Origin: a candidate division CSSED10-310 bacterium
GTDB lineage: Bacteria > CSSED10-310
DNA length: 60,380 nucleotides
NCBI GenBank assembly: GCA_016927515.1
Contig: JAFGMN010000310.1
Span: 1-60,380, forward strand
Direction of reading: 5' to 3'
Under the pieces are notes generated by a model. The model had not been told where the DNA came from. It saw only the letters and a list, made by a program, of their open reading frames with translations, and did no database searches. This document shows positions 8,962 through 18,474 of the stretch, in pieces. Position 1 is the first letter of the stretch; each line of letters starts with the position of its first letter. Made by a program: the position numbers and the translations under genes.

Positions 8962-11193
8962 TCAAGGCAGATTATTCAGACCGATGAAATCCTGATAGAA
9001 CCGTTCATCGATGTCTATTTTGTTCCGCACGCGATCAGATATATTTTGCGCTTCTTCCGCTGTGTTGATCACTTGAGGAGTCAAGAAAATAAGCAATTCC
9101 GAAGCTTTTTCCGAGATCTTGTGTTTCCCGAAGAGATATTTCAGCAGCGGTATTTTATAGAACCATGGAACACCTTCGGAAGATGGATTCCGTGTCCGGG
9201 AAATCAAACCGCCGATAACAAGCGTCTGTCCGTCGCCGATCATGACGGAGGTTGTTGCTTTTCGGGTTTCGATAATCGGAGACGAGATTCCTTCGATCAC
9301 TTTTTCCGATAAATTTGATACTTCCTGAGATAATTCCATATTCACGAAATGGGCTGAGTTTATGTGCGGTGTGACGGTCAGAAGGGTCCCGGTCTTGCGG
9401 TATTCAATCGTCCGATCCTTGATACGATTTCCCTGGGAATCATAGCCCTGATCGGTTTCGCTGGTCACGACCGGAACATCGGATCCCACATCGATACTGG
9501 CTTCTTGATTGTTCGCAACGAGAATATGCGGGCTTGCCAGAACCTCGAGCTTGTTTTCGTTCGCTTTGGCCGATAGCACAGCGCGGAACCGGTCCACTTC
9601 GAACAAATCATAAACGAATCCGACACCGGGTCCACCAATGGTCTGCTGTACGGTTGACTCGAAATAATGAGTCTCTCCACCAATATCGATATCCCCTTCG
9701 GCAGCCATCGACCATTCCACTCCCAGTTCCGTTCCTTCATCCAATGTCACATCCACAATCAACACCTCGATTAAAACCTGCTTCGGCATGATATCGAGTT
9801 TCTTGATGGTCGCTTCGATGTATGGATAATTCACCGGAGCCGTCACGATGATCAGAGAGTTCGTCCGTTCATCGGCAACAATACTCACCTCCCCCTGAAT
9901 CTCCGCCGCGCCACCGATGGCCCCGGCAGCCCCTCCAGCTCCTCCGGCCGCTGCAGGATTCGTCCGGGGCGTTCGCCGGATGGAACCGGACGATTCCTGC
10001 CCAGAAAATACAGCTTCCAGGAGACTTGCCAGGTCCGCAGCAATCCCGTTCTCAACATAATATATGTAGGCTTTTTTCGTCACATAAATATCAACATCAA
10101 GAATGGATATAATCTCTCGGATAAACTCCAGGTCTTTCCGCAAGGCAAACACGATAAGTGAATTGGATCGCGTATCGGGAATCATGATCGCATTCATGTC
10201 CGACCCTCCCCCGCTCACCGAGCCTCCACCGGTTGGTCGTGGAACCCTTCGGCCACCAGCCGGTCTGGCTGCGACAGGCTGTGTCCCGATGGATACTTTG
10301 GAGCTGATCACGCGTTCCAAGACGGTGACAATATCCTGCACATCTGCGAATTTTATCTGGAAAATCTCTAACTCCATCAGGGCGGTTTCCTCGTCGAGAA
10401 TTTCGATAATGCGAAGAATCCGCCGAATATTCGATGAAATTTCGGTGATGATCATCATGTTAGCGCCGGGATGCGTGATAATCGTCGCATCCGGAGATAT
10501 CAACGGACGAATCGTATTGAGAATTTCATCAGGAGATACGAATTCAGTGGTAATAATCTGCGTGACAAGGACATCTTCTTGCGGTATCCCGGATAAATCC
10601 TTCCCAAAGCGCGTCTCCATGGGACTATGCTTTGCATCGGGTTTCGGGATGATCTTTTTGAAGGCCGGTTTTCCATCAATGGTCATGGGTCCGTCAATAA
10701 CGGCCAAATTATTCATATCCAAAATGGTGTACAACACTTTTTCAACATCGCCTTTTCGGAACGGTTTGGAGGTCCGCAATGTGACTGTTCCGTTCCCGAC
10801 TTCCGGGCTGATCAGGTAATCCCATCCGGCGAGTTCGGCCAGAAAGACGAGGATTTCTCGAAGGGATGCGTCTTCGAAATTCATCTGTACTTGTTCCAGA
10901 TCGGCCGGAGACCATGTGGGAGGTGAAGTGGGGATCTGTGTTGGCGTGGGTGTCGGCGAATGTTCAGGTTCCGAGGAGAATTGGGGGGTAAAAGGAGGAT
11001 ACGGAGTGGGTGTGACCGTCGGAATCGATTCTGTTCCGTCGAAACCGAAAATCATCTCAACCGGGGAAGTCTGTGTTGGAGTTGGTTCTTCGGGTTGAAT
11101 CTCGGGATCCGTTTGAATCATTCCCTGGAACCAGGCACAGCCGTTGAGAATGAAAACGAGGCTGACTAACAGGAAAATTCGGCGGGAAAACAT
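8962..11193 (-). CDS. gspD: type II secretion system secretin
   Basis: N0/N1-type domains (MNFEDASLREILVFLAELAG...). The secretin C-domain ends in GVPWFYKIPLLKYLFG. AAGGAGG lies upstream. The N-terminus has a lipobox-like LNGC followed by a PT-rich linker. Confidence 0.9.
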   Translation of the reverse strand: MFSRRIFLLVSLVFILNGCAWFQGMIQTDPEIQPEEPTPTQTSPVEMIFGFDGTESIPTVTPTPYPPFTPQFSSEPEHSPTPTPTQIPTSPPTWSPADLEQVQMNFEDASLREILVFLAELAGWDYLISPEVGNGTVTLRTSKPFRKGDVEKVLYTILDMNNLAVIDGPMTIDGKPAFKKIIPKPDAKHSPMETRFGKDLSGIPQEDVLVTQIITTEFVSPDEILNTIRPLISPDATIITHPGANMMIITEISSNIRRILRIIEILDEETALMELEIFQIKFADVQDIVTVLERVISSKVSIGTQPVAARPAGGRRVPRPTGGGSVSGGGSDMNAIMIPDTRSNSLIVFALRKDLEFIREIISILDVDIYVTKKAYIYYVENGIAADLASLLEAVFSGQESSGSIRRTPRTNPAAAGGAGGAAGAIGGAAEIQGEVSIVADERTNSLIIVTAPVNYPYIEATIKKLDIMPKQVLIEVLIVDVTLDEGTELGVEWSMAAEGDIDIGGETHYFESTVQQTIGGPGVGFVYDLFEVDRFRAVLSAKANENKLEVLASPHILVANNQEASIDVGSDVPVVTSETDQGYDSQGNRIKDRTIEYRKTGTLLTVTPHINSAHFVNMELSQEVSNLSEKVIEGISSPIIETRKATTSVMIGDGQTLVIGGLISRTRNPSSEGVPWFYKIPLLKYLFGKHKISEKASELLIFLTPQVINTAEEAQNISDRVRNKIDIDERFYQDFIGLNNLP

Positions 11194-11202
11194 TGTTCCT
11201 CC

Positions 11203-11817
11203 TTACACATTACCTGAATTTTGTTTGTTTTTTTCCGCTGTATCGTGAGGTACCGTGATAAAAGCGGTCACTTCCATCTCCACACGCAGCACTTCTTTAT
11301 CGCGTCGTCGGGTTCGAATCGTCATCGAAGGGATATCGAAAAACTGCGGGGCTGTCTCGAGCTCATAGAGAAATTTTGTAATCTGCTTGATCGAACCATT
11401 GAAAGGCAATTTCAAACTAATGAGCAGATATCCGCTTTCCTCCACGGGTTTACTCGGTGTAATCCGGGTAAACTTAATATCCGCTTTTTTCGCAAGTTCC
11501 TTCACGATACCCTGCAACTCGGCGTTTGCCAGGTCCGGATTGGTTTCCTTCAACAAGCCTTCCTGGATCGACAACTCGATCTTTCCAATCCGCTGAAGTT
11601 TGTCGCGGGCCCGGTCTTCACTCTGAGCAATGTGTTCATATTTTTTCAGCAACTGATTTCGGGAATCGAGTTGTTTTTTCTTCAATTCAAATGAATCGTA
11701 GAGGGGATCGAAAACATAGTTGATTCCCACGAATAGCACAGCGACAAGCAACGCAGCACCAATCAGAACCTTCTCCCGTGACGATAGATTTTTCCAAAAA
11801 CTAAACAGCACAGCCAT
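11203..11817 (-). CDS. gspM: GspM / PilO-like assembly-platform protein
   Basis: 204 aa with one N-terminal TM (VLIGAALLVAVLFVGINYVF), a coiled coil, then a ferredoxin-like C-domain. It sits between the GspL-like gene and the secretin gene. Its start overlaps the upstream stop (TAATG). Confidence 0.7.
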   Translation of the reverse strand: MAVLFSFWKNLSSREKVLIGAALLVAVLFVGINYVFDPLYDSFELKKKQLDSRNQLLKKYEHIAQSEDRARDKLQRIGKIELSIQEGLLKETNPDLANAELQGIVKELAKKADIKFTRITPSKPVEESGYLLISLKLPFNGSIKQITKFLYELETAPQFFDIPSMTIRTRRRDKEVLRVEMEVTAFITVPHDTAEKNKQNSGNV

Positions 11818-13778
11818 TATTTGCTTCCTTCCCCCGATTCCGCAGCAGCTTGAAGGAATTCGAGAAAATTAGCCGCCGCTTCATCTGGATCCGGTGGCTC
11901 CTCATGTCGATGTTCCGCAGGATCAAAATCAGTCGATTCCTTGCGCTCTCGAATAAAATCAAATAGGTTCTTCTTCATCGCTTCCATATCTTCTTCCCGG
12001 GTCTGCGTATCAAGTTCCGCCTGCTCCTCCGGTGTCAATGGATCGACATGCTCCATATTCTCCCTTTCAAACCCCGCGGGATCTTCCGGCTCGGTCTCCT
12101 GCATTCGAGGAAAAGCCGGTCCCCTCACGGGTCCTTCGGTTCCTTCCAGTTCATCCGGTAACGGTTCCGAATTATCACCAGATGAATCATCTCCATCAGA
12201 TTCCTCATCCGACGAAACGGTCGCAACCGGTGACGGTGTTGAAGCGTCGGATGATTCGGCAGGCGTTGCCGGTGCCGTTCCCGTTGAATCGTCTCCCGGA
12301 ACACCGCCGTCTTCTAAATCCTCCCCAGCAGTTAATTTTGAGAGCGATGCTTTGATCGTAAACCGCGTACCCGATACCGTGCCGTCAAATTTCACTTTTT
12401 CAAAAAAAGTCGATTCTTCGAGCAAGTTCAACAAGCCTTCCGGCGAGTCCGAATCCCCCCGAATCGTTAACTCTTGTTTCTCGATCTCAAAACTTTCCAA
12501 CCACACTTTTTGAGCTTTTTCATTATCTTCCGCCGGTAAAAGACGGGTGACTTCAAGAAGAACATCCAATTTTCCGGGGTAATCCACGCTTTTGGTCATA
12601 AAAAACTGGCGAGCATCCTGAATGGATGTGAAACGACGGTTGATATCCGTGATTTGATTCACTCGATTTTCAAGCAATGCGATGCGGGCGTCGGTTTCCA
12701 GCAATTGCAGCGATGTGCGCCAGTAATTGCTTGCGCCGACGAGAATCATGGCAGCGGCCAGAGCACCTGCTGCCGCGCCGATGAGGATCCGGGCGGTTTC
12801 ACGACGGACGGGACGATCGGAATGGGGTAGGAGATTGATCGTTTCCTCGTCATCATCAAACACCGCCAGGGCCAGGCAGGTTGCGGCGATTTCGCTGTAT
12901 GGCGTCTGGGCATCGAAAAAACCGGGAAGCTCAAACGGTCGAAACACAGCGGTGGGATACCGGTGTTTGATCTCGTTCAGCAACGCGTCGGGAAATGTGC
13001 CGATGTGCATGACTTCGGGCACTGTATCCAGGGTGCTGATTTGGTGCACACTCAACAAGGCCAGTTGAATATTTTTAATGATTGTCGTCGGCAGATCATC
13101 GGCTGTTGTTTGTGTGTCTTCGCCTTGATTCGATTCGTTTTTCCAAGGATTTTCGGGCAGTACGTAGCGTCCGGTCAGGAACTTGCCGTTGCGCAAGAGA
13201 ATCACCTCGTATGATTCGGAAGTTGCACATAACAAGACCCGTATCCCGGAGTCGTTTCGGGTATGTTCATTGGTCGGAATGGTTCGAATGATAGCGGCCG
13301 CTGCAGGTGTCAGACTGTCCAGTCCGAGATCGGATCGAGCTGAGAGTTCTCGTGCTTGTTCGAGGATTCCTGCATCAGCGGCAACCAGCAGGGTTCGGTT
13401 GGTGGTTCCCCCCATGGATTCAACGATTTGTACATCGTAAATGCAATCATCCGGAGCCATTGGCAGGTGGGCATCCAGTTCGAACTGAAGAATCTGCCGG
13501 ATGTCTTGTCGGGATACTGGAGGCATATCGACCATGTTCCAGAGCAGATCCCGCATTAACACGCCATGGATGACCCGTGCTTTTCTGAGTTTTTCTTCTC
13601 GATTGATTCGACTTAGAATCGAAACGGCTTCATCGACCAGTTCCGTCGGGTTCCCGGAGTCGGCGTTGAGGGGGAATGTGCGTGAGAATTTCAGGGTTTT
13701 TTGCCGGACCATCCGGTTAACGACCGAAAAGCTTAACGAATTGCCCGATCGTATGATTCCCAATGCCAGTTGCGCCAT
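11817..13778 (-). CDS. gspL: GspL-equivalent PilM-PilN fusion protein with an acidic disordered C-terminal tail
   Basis: Cytoplasmic PilM/GspL-like N-domain, an INLLP motif, one TM (ILIGAAAGALAAAMILVGA), and a PilN-like periplasmic domain. A ~180-aa D/E/S/P-rich tail follows. Confidence 0.75.
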   Translation of the reverse strand: MAQLALGIIRSGNSLSFSVVNRMVRQKTLKFSRTFPLNADSGNPTELVDEAVSILSRINREEKLRKARVIHGVLMRDLLWNMVDMPPVSRQDIRQILQFELDAHLPMAPDDCIYDVQIVESMGGTTNRTLLVAADAGILEQARELSARSDLGLDSLTPAAAAIIRTIPTNEHTRNDSGIRVLLCATSESYEVILLRNGKFLTGRYVLPENPWKNESNQGEDTQTTADDLPTTIIKNIQLALLSVHQISTLDTVPEVMHIGTFPDALLNEIKHRYPTAVFRPFELPGFFDAQTPYSEIAATCLALAVFDDDEETINLLPHSDRPVRRETARILIGAAAGALAAAMILVGASNYWRTSLQLLETDARIALLENRVNQITDINRRFTSIQDARQFFMTKSVDYPGKLDVLLEVTRLLPAEDNEKAQKVWLESFEIEKQELTIRGDSDSPEGLLNLLEESTFFEKVKFDGTVSGTRFTIKASLSKLTAGEDLEDGGVPGDDSTGTAPATPAESSDASTPSPVATVSSDEESDGDDSSGDNSEPLPDELEGTEGPVRGPAFPRMQETEPEDPAGFERENMEHVDPLTPEEQAELDTQTREEDMEAMKKNLFDFIRERKESTDFDPAEHRHEEPPDPDEAAANFLEFLQAAAESGEGSK

Positions 13779-13800
13779 TACGTTCTCCCTGAGCCGTTCT

Positions 13801-14952
13801 TCAGTCGCCTGCTAAGCCGTCGGTGTCAAGCAACCCTTCCTGATAGCTTTGTAGATCCCGGGCAAATACAGGTGATCCCGCATTCCAGTAATATATTTCC
13901 GCTCCGCCACCGCTGTCCCGCCGTTCCGACCGCCTGACAACAGCAGTGATAACATGTTCGACGTCTGCAGCATCGGAATAACCCCGCACTTCAATACGAA
14001 ACGTCCGGGACAGATTCCGTGTTTCTTTTTTCTGCCCATCCATCCGTTCCTGCAGCGCCTCCTCCGCTCCATCCGGATCGATGATTTGAACAAGTAATGG
14101 CGGAGCTGAAGCCAGGTTAACTTTCCTATGATACCCGTAGACCGTGACGTAAGGCAACAAACCTTTGTAAACGGGTTCGTCATCGCTTCCGTCAAGAGCG
14201 AACACGGAATTCGAACCATACAGTAAAGCCGGAGAAATCCCGCGAATCAGAAGCAATTCGTCAATCGTATCCAACTTCTCATTTTTACAGGAATATGGAT
14301 ACGCAAATCCCTTTTCTGCGTAGTTCTGCTCATACCAGTCGGTTTCCGCACCGTTTAGCCGGTGCTCATCTCCCTTATCGATCCAGTCCAGGATGGAATC
14401 AATGACAATATCCGGTTCATCACCCTCTGGGACCCCGGTTGCAATCAACAGGTCCCGGAATATGTCCCGCATCGTTTTCTCGCCGATCCGGAGCCGGGAA
14501 TCCAGGTAATTGATGTTGAGGCGACCTTCTTCATCGGTGATGATGTAATCGAAAAAACCCCTGTCAATCGGGATTCCATTGCGAATGGGCAGCGGGGGCC
14601 AGGCGACAACGATTTCACCATCCGCGTTCTCTTGGGGTTCAGTAAATCCGAAATCCGGATTTTCATGAAACCATTTCCGGTAAAAACCAACCTGCCCATC
14701 AGGACCAAGGAAAATCTCATCATATTTCCCGATGACTTCCGTAAGAGCATATTGAAACCCAGCCTGAGCAAAAAAGTATCCCTCGATGTCCTCCTTGAAG
14801 TTCCGAGCATTATTGATTTCCATCCGCGTAGTGAACGCAAATTCGGCGGCGATGATGATCAGCAGGCTAACAACAAACAGGACCAGTAAAAGTGCCATGC
14901 CGGTTTCAGCGGAAAGAATGTTGGTCACGTCACGGCGAAGCCGGCAAACCAT
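13801..14952 (-). CDS. gspK: type II secretion minor pseudopilin GspK
   Basis: GMALLLVLFVVSLLIIIAAEFAFTTRMEINNARN is a typical GspK N-terminus. I chose ATG 14952 because it overlaps the gspJ stop (TGATG). The listed ORF runs on to 15027 inside gspJ. Confidence 0.8.
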   Translation of the reverse strand: MVCRLRRDVTNILSAETGMALLLVLFVVSLLIIIAAEFAFTTRMEINNARNFKEDIEGYFFAQAGFQYALTEVIGKYDEIFLGPDGQVGFYRKWFHENPDFGFTEPQENADGEIVVAWPPLPIRNGIPIDRGFFDYIITDEEGRLNINYLDSRLRIGEKTMRDIFRDLLIATGVPEGDEPDIVIDSILDWIDKGDEHRLNGAETDWYEQNYAEKGFAYPYSCKNEKLDTIDELLLIRGISPALLYGSNSVFALDGSDDEPVYKGLLPYVTVYGYHRKVNLASAPPLLVQIIDPDGAEEALQERMDGQKKETRNLSRTFRIEVRGYSDAADVEHVITAVVRRSERRDSGGGAEIYYWNAGSPVFARDLQSYQEGLLDTDGLAGD

Positions 14953-15749
14953 CACTGTCTCTCCCTCCGCTTCACTGAAACCCCCAAAACGCGAGATTCC
15001 TTCAGCGGAACAATGAGCGGTTGCCATTGCTGGAAATCGCCGGTTACGGGATTCTGGCTCGTAATCAACACCTCCACCGCCAACGGCAGATTCATCGTGA
15101 TCTCCCTCTCTAACAGCTGAGTGGACCGATCCTGCTCTGTTGACCCTTCCTCCTCCGTCGAAACCTCCTTGATTTCAATATGATCGGGACCCCACGTATC
15201 CAACCATTCACCATCGATCACCTCCGGCTCTTCCTCAGCCTGGCCTCCGCGCTGCATCGGTTTGGGAATGTAATAATAAGCAAATCGGATTTCGGTGATC
15301 GTAGGATCCAAAAGATAACTGACCCCCCGATCCCGGCTGAAAAATTCCGTCGATGAAAACATTGCTTCATAAATAATCAGACCGACACCCGGTTCAACAA
15401 AAATATTCGTTTCCTTCAAGGCCATTGGAACGGTTGGTGACATCAACGCATGAGCAGTCGTGAGAAATGAAAGAGAATCCGTCTCTCCATTGAAGATCAT
15501 GCGAGCTTTTTCTTCATCATCACTCTGACCCTTCACATTGATCGCATTTCCGATCTCCGCAATCAGACGGTCACAGACAATCCGCTTTGATTGATATGTT
15601 TCCAGATTCCTCTCACCTGACTCCCAGGCACGTAGCGCCGCCGACAGCCCGGCGGCAACACCCATGGCCAACATCGCTACAACGCTGGCGGCGATAAGGA
15701 GTTCCATCAGCGTAAAACCCTGCTGAGAAGCGGCATCGTTTCGCTTCAT
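14952..15749 (-). CDS. gspJ: type II secretion minor pseudopilin GspJ
   Basis: Prepilin motif QQG|FTLMELLIAASVV, 265 aa, and its position between gspI and gspK. Confidence 0.8.
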   Translation of the reverse strand: MKRNDAASQQGFTLMELLIAASVVAMLAMGVAAGLSAALRAWESGERNLETYQSKRIVCDRLIAEIGNAINVKGQSDDEEKARMIFNGETDSLSFLTTAHALMSPTVPMALKETNIFVEPGVGLIIYEAMFSSTEFFSRDRGVSYLLDPTITEIRFAYYYIPKPMQRGGQAEEEPEVIDGEWLDTWGPDHIEIKEVSTEEEGSTEQDRSTQLLEREITMNLPLAVEVLITSQNPVTGDFQQWQPLIVPLKESRVLGVSVKRRERQ

Positions 15750-16237
15750 TCGAGCTGCTCCTCGGCATCTTCCGCTTCCATGTTGACAATGCCACGCAGA
15801 GTTGCCAACTGAATCTGCCCGGGGTATGGCGTTTCCGGCCAGACAACTGTCACCACGATTTCATACATTTCCAGTGGGGAATCATCTTCGAGCCAATCGA
15901 TGGGCAAATGACCCTGGGATTCCTGCATGACCGCCTGACCTTCTTGGAGATCCAAAGCCGTTTCTCTTCGGGTGACGACGAGAGTCCACTGGAACATCTC
16001 GTTGACCTCACCGGTATAAATGCCCTCCTCCAGGTTTTTTTCGATCAGGTTACGTTCCAGAACTTCTCGTGCGACCAGCGTTCCTTCAGCATATAACTCC
16101 GATTTTCCGATGCCGGCCAGTAGTGATGAGAAAACATGCATTAATCCGACGAGGGAAACACTCAAAATGGCCAGAGCAACCATGACCTCCATCAAAGTGA
16201 AGCCTCGCTGCCGGGAATCATGCTGGTGAACTGGCAC
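15746..16237 (-). CDS. gspI: type II secretion minor pseudopilin GspI
   Basis: Prepilin motif QRG|FTLMEVMVALAILS, 163 aa. A 4-nt ATGA overlap joins it to gspJ. Confidence 0.75.
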   Translation of the reverse strand: MPVHQHDSRQRGFTLMEVMVALAILSVSLVGLMHVFSSLLAGIGKSELYAEGTLVAREVLERNLIEKNLEEGIYTGEVNEMFQWTLVVTRRETALDLQEGQAVMQESQGHLPIDWLEDDSPLEMYEIVVTVVWPETPYPGQIQLATLRGIVNMEAEDAEEQLE

Positions 16238-16239
16238 AG

Positions 16240-16797
16240 TTATTCCTTTGTTTCAATGTGAACCCGGCCGGTGACCGGATCGATGGAAACTTCGTAAAAC
16301 GGTCCATCCTCCGGGCCGAGGACGAAAATGCCACCGGTTGAATTCCCTTGAGGAAGAAACATGACTGCACCGTACGTGAACGGTACATCGGCTTGTGCAA
16401 AGCGAAAATCGATAAATCGGACATCTCCTTCCAAAACAAATGGTTCCGCAAACACATCCGGGATGGTGTTTCCACGTGAAGACGCGATGGGTTGGGACCT
16501 GAAACCGGAGCCGGTATCAGCGGGTTGCACCGGCCGGGTGTTCTGAATTCGAAACCGGCACGTATCGCTTCCTAAGTCGGTGGCAGCGACAACGACGGTC
16601 CGGTGCGTTACAGCGTAAGTCCGGGCGGAACGCATCACAGCAGCAAAACGTCGCACACTGGTCTTGATCTGAGCGCCCCGGATCCCGCTGCCGATCCGGG
16701 GACCGGTAATGGCAACGAGAATACCCATCAGAGCAAGAACCATGAGGATCTCAACAATGGTAAACCCGGATGTTCGCCTGAACGCACGTCGAATCAC
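16240..16797 (-). CDS. gspH: type II secretion minor pseudopilin GspH
   Basis: Prepilin motif TSG|FTIVEILMVLALMGIL, 185 aa, with a GspH/FimT-like order of elements. Confidence 0.75.
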   Translation of the reverse strand: MIRRAFRRTSGFTIVEILMVLALMGILVAITGPRIGSGIRGAQIKTSVRRFAAVMRSARTYAVTHRTVVVAATDLGSDTCRFRIQNTRPVQPADTGSGFRSQPIASSRGNTIPDVFAEPFVLEGDVRFIDFRFAQADVPFTYGAVMFLPQGNSTGGIFVLGPEDGPFYEVSIDPVTGRVHIETKE

Positions 16798-16801
16798 ACC
16801 A

Positions 16802-17209
16802 TCAACCTGTCACAACGATCGGCTCGTCCCCTCCTGCCGTCGACGTCAATGAAAATGCCTTTCCGTTGTCCTTGACCTCATATGTATACTCGTTTTTCCA
16901 TGGATCCAACGGGATATCCTCACCATCAAGATACGGTCCGTTCCAACCCTCACCGCATGGATTGACCAGGCAGTTCAGTTGATCAGGGTACCGACCCATG
17001 TCCAGGCGATAGGTTGCCAGGCTGGTTTTCAAATTACTCATCTGGGTTTTGGCGGTTTCTTTGTTGGCCTTTTCCAGGTTTTTAAACAGTTTCGGTCCCA
17101 CCAGCCCTGCCAGAAGGCCGATGATGACCACTACCACCATGATCTCTACAAGGGTAAAACCCAGTTCATCATGTTGTTTTCGTGTTTCCCGTAATCGTTT
17201 CATAATCAT
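16802..17209 (-). CDS. gspG: type II secretion major pseudopilin GspG
   Basis: ELG|FTLVEIMVVVVIIGLLAGLVGPKLF...AKTQMSNLKTSLATYRLDMGRYP...GWNGPYL is a classical GspG. I chose ATG 17209 (MIMKRL); the listed ORF extends to a GTG at 17266 that overlaps gspF. Confidence 0.85.
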   Translation of the reverse strand: MIMKRLRETRKQHDELGFTLVEIMVVVVIIGLLAGLVGPKLFKNLEKANKETAKTQMSNLKTSLATYRLDMGRYPDQLNCLVNPCGEGWNGPYLDGEDIPLDPWKNEYTYEVKDNGKAFSLTSTAGGDEPIVVTG

Positions 17210-17243
17210 TCCACTTAAACCTATCCTCCGGAGAATCTCCGGG

Positions 17244-18467
17244 TTAAATGGGCATGTCCGCCACACTGAATACGGCCATCAGCATGGACAAAACAATAAA
17301 CCCAATCAGCGCTCCCATGATCACAATCAACGCGGGTTCGATCGCCGCCATAACGCGCTTGATCGTAACGCGAACATCACTCTCGTACGTGTCCGCCACT
17401 TTGATCAGCATGGTTTCGAAAGAGCCCGTCTCTTCACCGACGGCAATCATGTGCACTGCCAACGGTGGAAAGCAGCCGGTCTCGCGGAGCGGATTGGCCA
17501 GTCCGCCGCCTTCCTTCAACTTTGAATACACGGATAACAATGAGTCCGCGATCACTTGGTTCGTGACCGTTTCCTTTACAATACTCAATGCCTGCAGAAT
17601 CGGAACACCGGAACGCACCAGAGTGCCAAGAGTCCGGGAGAAGCGAGCTATTTCGATCTTAAGTAAAAGCTTGCCGATCATCGGCAGCTTGAGTTTCAGA
17701 TCATCCCATTTCAACCGGCCTTCCCGAGTATTGATATACTGCTTAAAAACCGCCACCAGCAACACGATGGCGCCTAAAATAAAATACCAACTGTGTTTGA
17801 TGAAATTAACCGCATTGACAAGTATTTTTGTCGGCAGCGGAAGATCCGCCCCCATGCTGTCAAAAATCACGGTGAATTTGGGGAGAACGAACGTTACCAT
17901 CAACGTCACAACCACCGACGATACGATGATCAGTAAGATCGGGTAGATGCTCTGAGAAACAATTTCTTGCCGCAATTCCTCGCTCTCTTCCAGAAAACCC
18001 GTCAAGCGCTGCAAGATGGTATCCAGCACGCCACCCGCCTCCCCGGACCGGACCATGTTGACATACAGCCGATTAAAGACCCTCGGATGCTGAGCGAGCG
18101 CTTCACCAAACGACGCACCGCCCTGCACTTTTCGACGGACATCACGGACAACGCCCTTCATCTTTGGATTTTCGGTGAGTTCCGTCGTAATGGCCAGACT
18201 TCTATCCAGCGTCACACCAGCATCCACCAGCGTGGATAACTTGGAGGTTAATTCCATCACATCTCGCAAGCGGATGCGCGAAAAAAACCGAGTGAAATCG
18301 AATTCCATCGCCAAACCGGAATCCGATGATTTTGTGGATTCAACGGAAATCGGCAGCATGTGTTGATCCCGGAGTTTTTGAATGACAGCCGCTTCACTGG
18401 CACCTTCCATCACACCGGTTGACAGCTTTCCGGTTTTCTCTGTCGCCTTGTATCTGTAGTGCGGCAT
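17244..18467 (-). CDS. gspF: type II secretion inner-membrane platform protein GspF
   Basis: Duplicated T2SS-F domain architecture with 3 TM regions. ATG 18467 (MPHYRYKATEKTGK) has GGAGGA upstream and lies 7 nt after the gspE stop. The listed ORF start at 18509 overlaps gspE. Confidence 0.9.
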   Translation of the reverse strand: MPHYRYKATEKTGKLSTGVMEGASEAAVIQKLRDQHMLPISVESTKSSDSGLAMEFDFTRFFSRIRLRDVMELTSKLSTLVDAGVTLDRSLAITTELTENPKMKGVVRDVRRKVQGGASFGEALAQHPRVFNRLYVNMVRSGEAGGVLDTILQRLTGFLEESEELRQEIVSQSIYPILLIIVSSVVVTLMVTFVLPKFTVIFDSMGADLPLPTKILVNAVNFIKHSWYFILGAIVLLVAVFKQYINTREGRLKWDDLKLKLPMIGKLLLKIEIARFSRTLGTLVRSGVPILQALSIVKETVTNQVIADSLLSVYSKLKEGGGLANPLRETGCFPPLAVHMIAVGEETGSFETMLIKVADTYESDVRVTIKRVMAAIEPALIVIMGALIGFIVLSMLMAVFSVADMPI

Positions 18468-18474
18468 CGATCCG

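Noticed and set aside
14953-15027. N-terminal 25-codon extension of the gspK ORF. Similar 5' extensions occur on gspG (17210-17266), gspF (18468-18509), rseP (23293-23424) and mrcA (59975-60169).
   Set aside because: Each extension overlaps the preceding or neighbouring gene. Internal starts with an SD or stop-start coupling coincide with where family homology begins.
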